This document shows, piece by piece, positions 17,216 to 25,465 of a DNA stretch of 32,000 bases; within the stretch, counting starts at the first letter, position 1; each line of letters begins with the position of its first letter. Origin of the DNA: Crocosphaera subtropica ATCC 51142 (GTDB lineage: Bacteria > Cyanobacteriota > Cyanobacteriia > Cyanobacteriales > Microcystaceae). Under the pieces are notes generated by a model. The model worked only from the letters and a program-made list of their open reading frames with translations. It searched no databases and was not told the origin of the DNA. Both the position numbers and the translations under genes were made by a program. The DNA lies in the NCBI RefSeq assembly GCF_000017845.1, contig NC_010547.1, positions 30,001-62,000 of the forward strand. Direction: 5' to 3'.

Positions 17216-17264
17216 TTGCTCCGCACTTCCTGGGGTTAATTTCTAATAGCCTCTTCTATCTGTC

Positions 17265-18617
17265 TTAAAATGTGTACTGTAAACCTGCTGTTAATTGCCA
17301 ATCTGTTTCTAATTGTGGTCCTTGAAGAGCGCGATAAATGGGTAGTTCAAATTCAATGGCTAAACGACCACTTCTTAAGTCTCCTTCGGGGACAAAAAGA
17401 TTCAGTCCAAAACCAATATCAATTTGAGTTCCTCCCCGTCGAGTGGGATCAGCCGTTGGTACTAAATTAGGATTAAGACGGGAATCTTTGCCACTAATAT
17501 TTCCCCAGTTTTTACCTTTAATTCGTAAAGAAGTGCTGGCCCAATCGCTCCATTTTCTAGCCCCCCAGGCCGTTAACATGATTTCATCTCCAAATTTATA
17601 ACTATTGCTATTTGTCCCTAAACGAAGGGTTCCAATAATCTGACTTCCCCATGACCATTCATCGGTTTGTCCTAAATAAGTGATTCCTGGATGAAGATCG
17701 AGAGTTCCTGATCCGAGTTGCATCGGATAAGGTAACAGTTGATCGGGTCCGGCTGGAGTGCGATCGCGCGCTTCAATCGAACCGGTAGGAAAGCTAACCC
17801 CTGCATTGACATGAATTCTTTGTCGATTTTCGTTCAGAACTTGGTATAAACCGGTGAGTTTAATATCGCCAATGCCTTCAGAATCAGTATTAAAACCTGT
17901 ATTCATACGAGTAATATGATCCATATCCTTGACGACATAAGGCAACATGGCCATCAGGGTCAAATTGTTGGTGATACCATACATCATGCCAAACATATGC
18001 ATTTGCATGGTCATGCGAGTGGGAGTAACGGGATATTGCTCTAAAATTTTTTCATTGCTAATATCATCGACTCCCACGCGACTGCCATCCATTTCCATTA
18101 ACATATAGCGATAAGAAACCATAATTTCCCCTTCACTATGAATATGCTCCCCCATAACAGCAATGGGAGCATGACTATCAGGACGAGCAGGGTTCCAAAA
18201 AATGCCTTGTTGCGAAGGAGGTAACGGCTCGTCCGCTAACAGAAAATTGGTCTTTTCTTTCTCTGGTTTCTCGGAAGAATTGAGGTTACGAAAGTCTGGC
18301 AAGATGTAATCGGTTGAAAATTGATATTTTTGCAAACGATAATCCAGTTTAACTTTTGGATCAGGAATTACGTCCGATAAATTAAACCAATTATCATCAG
18401 AGACAAGCAACTCCCTAGTTTTCTCTTCCTCAATATTTTCTTGTAAGTCTTGATAATCCCAGGTATTAGTAAGGGATTCATAGTCAAAATCAATCTTATC
18501 TTGCTTCTGTTTCCCTGAATTTGTTTCTGCTTGAACAGAATCAAAAAGAGTATTTAGATAGATAAAATTAACTCCTATAAGTAATAAGCACTGTACTTTT
18601 TTCACATCAAAAATCAT
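17265..18617 (-). CDS. outer-membrane beta-barrel protein (transporter / MetA-pathway-like family)
   Basis: 450-aa ORF with a signal-like N-terminus and a C-terminal aromatic beta-signal (..GLQYTF). The segment HAPIAVMGEHIHSEGEIMVSYRYMLMEMDG resembles the family annotated as outer-membrane transporter / MetA-pathway of phenol degradation (from memory). Confidence 0.75.
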   Translation of the reverse strand: MIFDVKKVQCLLLIGVNFIYLNTLFDSVQAETNSGKQKQDKIDFDYESLTNTWDYQDLQENIEEEKTRELLVSDDNWFNLSDVIPDPKVKLDYRLQKYQFSTDYILPDFRNLNSSEKPEKEKTNFLLADEPLPPSQQGIFWNPARPDSHAPIAVMGEHIHSEGEIMVSYRYMLMEMDGSRVGVDDISNEKILEQYPVTPTRMTMQMHMFGMMYGITNNLTLMAMLPYVVKDMDHITRMNTGFNTDSEGIGDIKLTGLYQVLNENRQRIHVNAGVSFPTGSIEARDRTPAGPDQLLPYPMQLGSGTLDLHPGITYLGQTDEWSWGSQIIGTLRLGTNSNSYKFGDEIMLTAWGARKWSDWASTSLRIKGKNWGNISGKDSRLNPNLVPTADPTRRGGTQIDIGFGLNLFVPEGDLRSGRLAIEFELPIYRALQGPQLETDWQLTAGLQYTF

Positions 18618-18638
18618 GGATTTTGTAGAACATTCAAA

Positions 18639-18655
18639 TTCTTATTGAATAAGAA
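18639..18655. promoter_or_regulatory. 17-bp palindrome TTCTTATT-G-AATAAGAA upstream of the barrel gene
   Basis: Read directly. It lies 22-38 nt upstream of start codon 18617 on the gene's side. Confidence 0.35.
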
Positions 18656-18675
18656 CGATGACAAAAAATTTTTAG

Positions 18676-18700
18676 TTTGTCAAAAGACAGTACGTCAAAT
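18676..18700 (-). promoter_or_regulatory. TTGACG-TAC-TGTCTT site plus adjacent TTGACA (GACA/TGTC motif family)
   Basis: The minus strand reads ATTTGACGTACTGTCTTTTGACAAA. It matches the TTGACA-N3-TGTCTT sites at 26081 and 26113 with one mismatch. Confidence 0.4.
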
Positions 18701-18814
18701 AGGATATAAATGACAAGAAAAGTGCGATCAGAACGAAAAGGCTGAAAATCCCTGTAATCTTTTCACTGACTGAATTATCAGCGATTATCTTATATCAAAC
18801 TCAGGCCAGGAACT

Positions 18815-19498
18815 CTAAGTTGATCTTTTCTTAACCCACAAAAAACTCAATCCTAAGACACTTAAGGCTAAAATTCCTGTGGGTTCTGGCACGGGAGTTG
18901 CCATTAAAGGTTGTCCCAGTTCCTCACCAGCATTAGGATCATTGAGAACTTCGGACCTGGTACGGGTAAAAAAGGCAATATCTAAGTGGGGTCTTGCCCC
19001 TCTTGTAAACCCTTTAGGTAAGTCAAGAAACTCATTATCCCAGTCTGTTAAGTGTACATGGGGACTGGGATCATCATCATCAGGGAATAAGTCAGCCATA
19101 GGATCAGGTGCTGAAAAGAAATTAACCCCTTCTCCCCTTTCTCCACCAATACTAATACCATTGGGTTGATTCCACGCTCCTGTTTGTAAAATTTGCTTCG
19201 TATTAGTATCAAAATTGAAGTTAAACTCGGGAGAGTTGAGATGATTATCGAAGAATTTCTGAAAAATATTCCCATCAGGATCAATAAAAGCAATATCAAA
19301 GGAAGTTAAATCATCTTTTCGGACAATTCCATCTACATCAACTGCGTTTTCATCGTAACTAAAACTTCCTTTCACTTGATAGCCTAAAGTTTGTCCAGTC
19401 CAATGCAAACCAAAGGTAATAGCTTCGGCTGAACCAGCAGAAACTAGACCTAAACTTAAGAAAGTTGCTGCAAACAAACCAATACTTTTTTGCTTCAT
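18815..19498 (-). CDS. PEP-CTERM-anchored secreted protein
   Basis: 227-aa ORF. Signal peptide MKQKSIGLFAATFLSLGLVSAGSAEA. C-terminal PVPEPTGILALSVLGLSFLWVKKR. Confidence 0.85.
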   Translation of the reverse strand: MKQKSIGLFAATFLSLGLVSAGSAEAITFGLHWTGQTLGYQVKGSFSYDENAVDVDGIVRKDDLTSFDIAFIDPDGNIFQKFFDNHLNSPEFNFNFDTNTKQILQTGAWNQPNGISIGGERGEGVNFFSAPDPMADLFPDDDDPSPHVHLTDWDNEFLDLPKGFTRGARPHLDIAFFTRTRSEVLNDPNAGEELGQPLMATPVPEPTGILALSVLGLSFLWVKKRST

Positions 19499-19570
19499 TG
19501 GTCACTTATTCTCTGAAATTATATTATCGGTTGACTCTATGGTTCTAGCAAAATTGTTTCAGTCATTCCA

Positions 19571-19585
19571 CAGACAGATTGTCAA
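19571..19585 (-). promoter_or_regulatory. perfect GACA-GAT-TGTC site (minus strand TTGACAATCTGTCTG)
   Basis: Read directly. It lies 73-87 nt upstream of ATG 19498 and ~60 nt upstream of the riboswitch-leader -10 box on the other strand. Confidence 0.4.
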
Positions 19586-19642
19586 ACTTAAGTATGCCAA
19601 AAAACTTACTCAAGAATAAAAGATTTATTGGCGATGATATGC

Positions 19643-19648
19643 TACAAT
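19643..19648 (+). promoter_or_regulatory. -10 box TACAAT of riboswitch-like leader 1
   Basis: Identical sequence context to 27583-27588. The aptamer P1 strand starts ~10 nt downstream. Confidence 0.45.
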
Positions 19649-19657
19649 GCAAAAAAT

Positions 19658-19899
19658 ATCGGTTCTAGTGGACAGCAGCCACTAGAAGTAATGGGGAAAG
19701 TTCGGTGTAAATCCGTCGCTGTCCCGCAACTGTGATGAGACGTTTCAACTTCTCTTAGGGGTAAAGTTAACGAAGCTAGAAAAAACTGCCATCTAATATT
19801 AGTTGATAATGGTAACGAATTAATGGGCTTTCAAGAACTTGACAATTGGTGATAACGAAGCTATCCGCTTTGCGGATCTGGCGGAGCCAGCGCACTGAT
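19658..19899 (+). ncRNA. cobalamin riboswitch-like element, copy 1 (3' half divergent, no downstream gene)
   Basis: It contains the conserved core GGGAAAGTTCGGTGTAAATCCGTCGCTGTCCCGCAACTGT and the P2 hairpin CTAGTGG/CCACTAG. After 19758 it diverges from copy 2. There are two candidate B12-box-like closures: AGCTAGAAAAAACTGCC (19774-19790), or AGCCAGCGC + ACTGAT (19885-19899). ACTGAT can pair with ATCGGT (19658-19663). Confidence 0.6.
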
Positions 19900-20005
19900 T
19901 CATTCCTTCAAAGAGAAATAGGTTAAAAGCCTTATTCAGTAAAGGTTTTACTTCCAGTTGGCACAAGATCACACCCTCGTTAACTCTACTCCTATATGGA
20001 AATCA

Positions 20006-21517
20006 CTACCAGTTTCTTAAATGTTTTCCGACTCGCAAAGCGTTGGCAATAATGGTTAGGGTGGGATTAACACTCGCACTTGAGGGAAAAAAGCTGCCAT
20101 CAACCACATACAAATTCTCAACATCATGGGTGCGACAATTGAGATCAAGTACAGAAGTCGTCGGATCTTCTCCAAAACAACAGGTTCCGCAATGGTTAGC
20201 CGTAACTTGAACTGGGATTTCGCTACGGGGATAAATACTACTTCTGTTAAACAGAGAATGTTCCAGGGTTTTTTCGACTTGTTTTAACGTGCCGATCCAA
20301 CGATGAACTAAGCGATCATGAGCTTCAATGTTGTTCGGGGTATAATCGATGTACAATTTTTCTCCTTTGAGTCTGACTCGATTATGATGATTGGGTAAGG
20401 TTTCAGTTTGTACCCACCAACCAATAGAACGCTTGGCTAACTGTTCTAGGGCAATATCGGGGACGACTTTGGCTAAAACCGATAAAATAGGCGGAGATTC
20501 AGCAAAAATAAGCTCTTGGAGTAATCCCCCTGTATTTTGGATGTGACCCATGGGATAGGGAAAATCGCCCTCTCCCCAGTAAAAATCATTGAGATAAACA
20601 GTTCTCGGAAATTTGCCAGAATTAGGGGTGGTACTGAGTTGTACAATGGCTGTCATCAGGGGTTGCATCAGATTGCGTCCCACCTGATCAGAACTGTTGG
20701 CAAGTCCATTCGGATGTTTTTCATTAGCAGAACGCAAAAGTAGCGAAGCGGAATTAATTGCACCACAGGCTAAGACGACGACATCAGAAGAAAACAGATA
20801 TTTTTGTCCCTTTATCTCTGTTTCTACTGATTTGACCTGATTTCCTGAAGCATTCGTATGTAAACAAACCACTTTAGCATCGGTTTTGAGGGTAACGTTA
20901 GGAAACCCTAGCACTAGACTAATGCCAAACACTTCTGCGTCTCCTGTGGGATCATCGGTTTGACGGGTTAAGGATAAAGGTAGAGTAGCAGGGTGTAATC
21001 CAAGGGTGGCGATCGCATCGACAATTTCTTGAATCGGGGGTTCATGATTGACCGCAGGATAGGGATAATCGATACTACGGAGAGGATCACTCGGATCTTG
21101 ACCTGATTTTCCGTGAACTTTGTAGAGTTGTTCAGCTTCGGTGTAATAGGGTTCAAAATCTTGGTATTTTAGGGGCCATTCTGGGGAAATTCCGTCTTGG
21201 TGTTGGACGGCTTCAAAGTCTTTTTCCCGCATCCTTAAGAGGGCTGCGCCGTAGATTTTAGTATTGCCACCCACAGCATAATTAGTTTGAGGAGAAAAGG
21301 GTTCTCCTGCATTGTCGTACCATTTTTCGGATGGATGATACCATTCTCTTTTAAAAACATCTACGTCGCTTCTATTTTGGTCTTCTAAGGGCATAAAATT
21401 ACCCCGTTCTAAAATCAATATTTTTTTTCCAGTTGAGGCTAATTTATAGGCTAAAGTTCCGCCACCTGCTCCAGTTCCAATGATAATAATATCATAAGTT
21501 TGATCATCAATAATCAT
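20006..21517 (-). CDS. GMC-family FAD-dependent oxidoreductase
   Basis: 503-aa ORF. N-terminal Rossmann motif DIIIIGTGAGGGTLAYKLA..ILILERG. The C-terminal region is typical of choline/glucose dehydrogenase-like enzymes (..LYVVDGSFFPSS..NPTLTI). Confidence 0.85.
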   Translation of the reverse strand: MIIDDQTYDIIIIGTGAGGGTLAYKLASTGKKILILERGNFMPLEDQNRSDVDVFKREWYHPSEKWYDNAGEPFSPQTNYAVGGNTKIYGAALLRMREKDFEAVQHQDGISPEWPLKYQDFEPYYTEAEQLYKVHGKSGQDPSDPLRSIDYPYPAVNHEPPIQEIVDAIATLGLHPATLPLSLTRQTDDPTGDAEVFGISLVLGFPNVTLKTDAKVVCLHTNASGNQVKSVETEIKGQKYLFSSDVVVLACGAINSASLLLRSANEKHPNGLANSSDQVGRNLMQPLMTAIVQLSTTPNSGKFPRTVYLNDFYWGEGDFPYPMGHIQNTGGLLQELIFAESPPILSVLAKVVPDIALEQLAKRSIGWWVQTETLPNHHNRVRLKGEKLYIDYTPNNIEAHDRLVHRWIGTLKQVEKTLEHSLFNRSSIYPRSEIPVQVTANHCGTCCFGEDPTTSVLDLNCRTHDVENLYVVDGSFFPSSASVNPTLTIIANALRVGKHLRNW

Positions 21518-21570
21518 AATGAATTCTACCTTTACGAGATTATTTATACTGAGTCAACGCTCGTTGAACT

Positions 21571-22185
21571 CTACTGCCAAAGATAAAGCAGGACAAATAA
21601 GATAATCCAAATAACATCAACAAAATGCCAAAATAAGGAAGTTGCCATAATCCCAAAATGCCCTGTATCATAATTACCTGGAATAAAAGAACGACCTAAC
21701 ATAATGCCTTGCAAAAGAATCCCTGTAAAAACGTGCAAACCGTGAAATCCTGTTAATAAATAAAACATTCCCTCAAAGACACCAGAAGTAAAGCCAAATT
21801 TTAACCCATGCCATTCAATGCCTTGACCAACTAAAAAGTAAGTTCCCATTGCCATAGTCACTAATAAAAACAATCGAAAACCCCATAATTTATGACGTTC
21901 CAAAAATTGCTCAGCAACATAAATAACAAAACTGCTAGACACTAAAATTACTGTATTAATGGCAGGTTCTTTAATTTCTAATCCTGATACTCCAGTAGGC
22001 AACCAGTCAACGGTCGTTGTTTTATAGATAATATACCCTGCAAAAAAACTCAGAAAAATGATACTTTCTGATAACAAAAACACAATAAAACCAAACATAC
22101 TATTAGCTTGTTCATCATGTTCATGTTCTTGACTAAGATGATGCTCTAAATGGTCTAACTTCTCTGAGGTTAAAGAACTATCCAT
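21571..22185 (-). CDS. ctaE: heme-copper oxidase subunit III
   Basis: 204-aa polytopic ORF with FGFIVFLLSESIIFLSFF and FWHFVDVIWIILF motifs. It lies directly downstream of subunit I. Confidence 0.9.
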   Translation of the reverse strand: MDSSLTSEKLDHLEHHLSQEHEHDEQANSMFGFIVFLLSESIIFLSFFAGYIIYKTTTVDWLPTGVSGLEIKEPAINTVILVSSSFVIYVAEQFLERHKLWGFRLFLLVTMAMGTYFLVGQGIEWHGLKFGFTSGVFEGMFYLLTGFHGLHVFTGILLQGIMLGRSFIPGNYDTGHFGIMATSLFWHFVDVIWIILFVLLYLWQ

Positions 22186-22204
22186 AATTCAATTTTTCTC
22201 CTAA

Positions 22205-23893
22205 TTATTCAGATTTAACATGACCATTTGCAGTCAACGGTTCAGATTTTCCATAACCATAGGGTTCGGAAATAACAAGAGGAATTTCCTCAAAATTCTC
22301 AATATCTGGGGGGGAAGTGGTTAACCATTCCAAACCAATAGCCCGCCAAGGATTATCCCCTGCTGCTTGACCTTGTATCCAAGAACTAACCATATTTAAA
22401 ATGAAGGGTAAGGTAGACATTCCTAACAAAAAGCCCCCTAAACTTGCTATCACATTCCAAAAGGTATATTGAGGATCATAGGAAGACACACGACGCAACA
22501 TTCCTTGTAACCCCAAGGGGTGCATCGGTAAAAAATTGAGATTGGTTCCAATAAAAGCTAACCAAAAATGTAACTGACCTAAGCCTTCATAATACATACG
22601 TCCTGTCATCTTGGGGAACCAATGATAAAGGGCGGCATACATCCCCATCGTCACCGTTCCATACAAAACATAGTGAAAATGACCCACCACAAAATAGGTA
22701 TTATTAACATGAATATCTATCGGAACTGCAGACAACATAATGCCTGTAATACCCGCAAAGACAAACATAATTAATGCCCCCAACGCAAACAACATGGGAG
22801 TATTCAAACGCAGTTTACCGCCCCAAATTGTCCCAACCCAAGCAAATACTTTAATCCCTGTGGGAACGGAAACACACATGGTAGACAACATAAACACCAT
22901 GCGCATCCATCCTGGTGTCCCACTCGCATACATATGATGCACCCAAACTAACCCACTCACCCCCGCAATAATTAAAGAAGAAATTGCCACAACTTTGTAA
23001 CCAAACAGAGGTTTACGGGAATAAACAGGAAATATTTCCGAAAAAATGCCAAAGATGGGCAAAATAATCACATAGACAGCAGGATGAGAATAAAACCAGA
23101 AAAAGTGCTGAAATAAAACCGCATTCCCTCCCTTTGCAGGGTCAAAAAAGCTGGTTCCAACCGTTAAATCAAATAACAGCATCACGGCGCCGGCAGTTAA
23201 GGCAGGGAGTCCAAACAATTGAATAATCTGTGCGCTGAAGACTGTCCACACAAAGGCCGGCATTCGGAAAAAGGTCATGCCTGGGGCCCGCATTTTGACG
23301 ATAGTGGTGACAAAATTAACCGCCCCCATAATAGAAGATACACCCGATATGGCAACGGCTAAAATCCACAAAAATTGTCCACTAATTAAGTCTCCAGAGG
23401 GGTTTTGCAGACTCACAGGGGGATAAGACCACCATCCCGCTTGGGCCGAACCACTGGGGACAAAAAAGCTGGCCATTACCAAAATACCCACCACTGGAAC
23501 CATCCAAAAAGCGGCGGCATTGAGACGGGGAAAGGCCATATCTCGCGCCCCTATCATCAAGGGAACTAAATAATTAGCTAACCCGACTAAAGAGGGAAAT
23601 GTCCACAAAAACAGCATAATGGTGCCGTGCATGGTAAACATTCCATTGTAAAAAGTGCGGTCTACTAAATCAGATTCAGGGGTAATTAATTCTCCCCGAA
23701 TAATCATGGCGAAAATACCTCCTACTAAGAAGAAAAAGAAGGAAGTAACAAGGTATTGAATACCAATGACTTTATGATCGGTACTAAAACTAAAATATCG
23801 CTTCCAATCTCTTGCTGATGCTTGATGATGGTGTTCTATGTGAGTTTCGATCACTATTTTTTCCTGGGAATTATTATTATTAATTGTGGTCAT
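22205..23893 (-). CDS. ctaD: heme-copper oxidase subunit I
   Basis: Motifs FWFYSHPAVY, VHHMYASG and GHFHYVL. I prefer the ATG at 23893 (MTTINNN), which has AGGAGA 9 nt upstream, over the track start 23929. Confidence 0.92.
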   Translation of the reverse strand: MTTINNNNSQEKIVIETHIEHHHQASARDWKRYFSFSTDHKVIGIQYLVTSFFFFLVGGIFAMIIRGELITPESDLVDRTFYNGMFTMHGTIMLFLWTFPSLVGLANYLVPLMIGARDMAFPRLNAAAFWMVPVVGILVMASFFVPSGSAQAGWWSYPPVSLQNPSGDLISGQFLWILAVAISGVSSIMGAVNFVTTIVKMRAPGMTFFRMPAFVWTVFSAQIIQLFGLPALTAGAVMLLFDLTVGTSFFDPAKGGNAVLFQHFFWFYSHPAVYVIILPIFGIFSEIFPVYSRKPLFGYKVVAISSLIIAGVSGLVWVHHMYASGTPGWMRMVFMLSTMCVSVPTGIKVFAWVGTIWGGKLRLNTPMLFALGALIMFVFAGITGIMLSAVPIDIHVNNTYFVVGHFHYVLYGTVTMGMYAALYHWFPKMTGRMYYEGLGQLHFWLAFIGTNLNFLPMHPLGLQGMLRRVSSYDPQYTFWNVIASLGGFLLGMSTLPFILNMVSSWIQGQAAGDNPWRAIGLEWLTTSPPDIENFEEIPLVISEPYGYGKSEPLTANGHVKSE

Positions 23894-23936
23894 TAGTTGT
23901 TGTCTCCTAAGTGCTTGATATGGGAACAAACGACCT

Positions 23937-24818
23937 TTACTGATAATTCACGAGAGGCGGTTGGGCAGGTTTAATAGATGGCCAACCTGTTTTAATCATT
24001 TTTTGAGATTGTTGATTGTATTCAGAAAAAGCTTGATTATCGGCTAAAAAAGGGGTTTGTTTAGCTGCTTTTTTTAACCATGTTTCATAATCTTCTTTTG
24101 ATTGCACCACCACATTAGCGGTCATGGTGGCAAAATAAGTTCCACTAAATTGAGAGTCGGTTAATTGATAGTTTCCTTGACGAATGGGGGTAAATTCTAA
24201 CGCAATAGTTTCCTGGGGAATCATATCTTGTTTGACCCGAAAGGCAGGAATATAAAAACCGTGGAGAACATCTTGCGATCGCAATGCTAAATGCACTCTT
24301 TGATCAATGGGCAAATGTAATTCTGTACTGGTAATATTGCTCTCAGGATAATGAAAAATCCAAGCCCATTGTTTGGCAATGACTTCTATGGTTTCAAAAG
24401 GTTTATCGACTGTTTTAACAGTTTCTATATCTATCGATTGATGGGAGTGATGATGACCGCCTTGAATGCCCATTTGCTGATAAATTTGGTAGCTATATCC
24501 TGCAATCCAAAAAACTAATAAGATAGGAATAACTGTCCAAATAATTTCTAAGGTAACATTGCCTTCAATAGCCGGTCCGTCACTCCAATCATATTTAGCT
24601 ACTCGATTAAACATCACAAAATAAATGACAACTCCCGTTACACCGAGAAAAATAAATGACCCCAAACTTACCAAAAAGGTAAATAAATTATCAATTAAAA
24701 TGGCTTCTGTTGTTCCTTGGGGTGGCAACCAACCATAAGATAATTGTCCTATCCAAAGACTAATCAAACTTAAGGCGATCGCCGTTATCATTAGTAGCAA
24801 AATTCGTCGTTTTTTCAT
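23937..24818 (-). CDS. ctaC: oxidase subunit II lacking the CuA ligands (ARTO / quinol-oxidase-like)
   Basis: 293-aa ORF with two N-terminal TM helices and a cupredoxin-like DVLHGFYIPAFRVKQD. Where CuA subunits have C-x-E-x-C-G-x2-H-x2-M, this protein reads LTDSQFSGTYFATM (24123-24164). Confidence 0.85.
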   Translation of the reverse strand: MKKRRILLLMITAIALSLISLWIGQLSYGWLPPQGTTEAILIDNLFTFLVSLGSFIFLGVTGVVIYFVMFNRVAKYDWSDGPAIEGNVTLEIIWTVIPILLVFWIAGYSYQIYQQMGIQGGHHHSHQSIDIETVKTVDKPFETIEVIAKQWAWIFHYPESNITSTELHLPIDQRVHLALRSQDVLHGFYIPAFRVKQDMIPQETIALEFTPIRQGNYQLTDSQFSGTYFATMTANVVVQSKEDYETWLKKAAKQTPFLADNQAFSEYNQQSQKMIKTGWPSIKPAQPPLVNYQ

Positions 24819-24859
24819 GTAGCCTCTAAGATGTAGTTCTGCTATTGGGATATTGAAAG

Positions 24860-25465
24860 TTATTGAAGTAAGAAATTTGCCTGTTTTCCTAATTTCAATA
24901 AACCCGTAGCCGTATTATGAACCCCAAATTCAGCCGCTAATTGGGCGCCTAGTGTTCCGTGTAAAAACATTAAAAACAGAATGAAAACTCCTGTTAATAA
25001 ATAACTCCACTGCACTTGTATAGCTTCATCATTGCGCCACAAATAGCGTTGAAATCCTCGCCATACAGTCATTCCAATGATTAAACCTAAGAGAAAAACA
25101 CCCCCTACTCCATGCCATAACATGGTTTCCATTCCCTGCAAACCCCAAGCACTTTTTATTCCAGGAATGGGTTCAGCTAACATAATTTCATAGAACCCTG
25201 CTGCAACTGTAAACAAAGTAATAATTGCTGAGGCCAGCATATTGTACCAACCTACATCAAAAAAATTAGACCGAGTAGCCCGAATTGCTAACAGTTTGAA
25301 GATAGGTTTTTCTAAGGGAAAGAAAACGCCAACGAAATCAAAACCAATGGCAATAATAAACAACCCTAATGTGAGATGAACTAGGTTAGGATGAATGGGA
25401 ATGGGATAGGGAAGTCCATTTGCTCCTAGATGAGATTTAACTTGATTAATTAAGTCAGGATTCAT
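24860..25465 (-). CDS. DUF2231-like membrane protein with conserved His residues
   Basis: 201-aa ORF with ~5 TM helices. HP..VH motif (IHPNLVHLTLGLF) plus His in later helices (LWHG, FLHG). Its ATG overlaps the stop of the upstream paralogue (ATGA at 25462-25465). Confidence 0.7.
   Translation of the reverse strand: MNPDLINQVKSHLGANGLPYPIPIHPNLVHLTLGLFIIAIGFDFVGVFFPLEKPIFKLLAIRATRSNFFDVGWYNMLASAIITLFTVAAGFYEIMLAEPIPGIKSAWGLQGMETMLWHGVGGVFLLGLIIGMTVWRGFQRYLWRNDEAIQVQWSYLLTGVFILFLMFLHGTLGAQLAAEFGVHNTATGLLKLGKQANFLLQ

Noticed and set aside
17041-17226. 61-aa minus-strand ORF across repeat unit B
   Set aside because: It lies antisense to the repeat unit and has no counterpart in unit A, so it is likely fortuitous.
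8700-17250. Calling the plasmid-like block a genomic island on base composition, or an integrative element with defined ends
   Set aside because: Sampled lines give GC (~38-47 %) similar to the metE and cox regions, and HIP1 is present. No integrase, transposase, tRNA target or terminal direct repeats were found. Only the left breakpoint (~8700) is supported.
19926-19949. A-tract/hairpin/T-tract between riboswitch-like leader 1 and the GMC gene, as a bidirectional terminator
   Set aside because: The core stem is only CCTT/AAGG, extended by A-U pairs and one G-U pair (C-A on the other strand). It is too weak to annotate as a terminator. It is mentioned only as a possibility in the orphan-leader finding.
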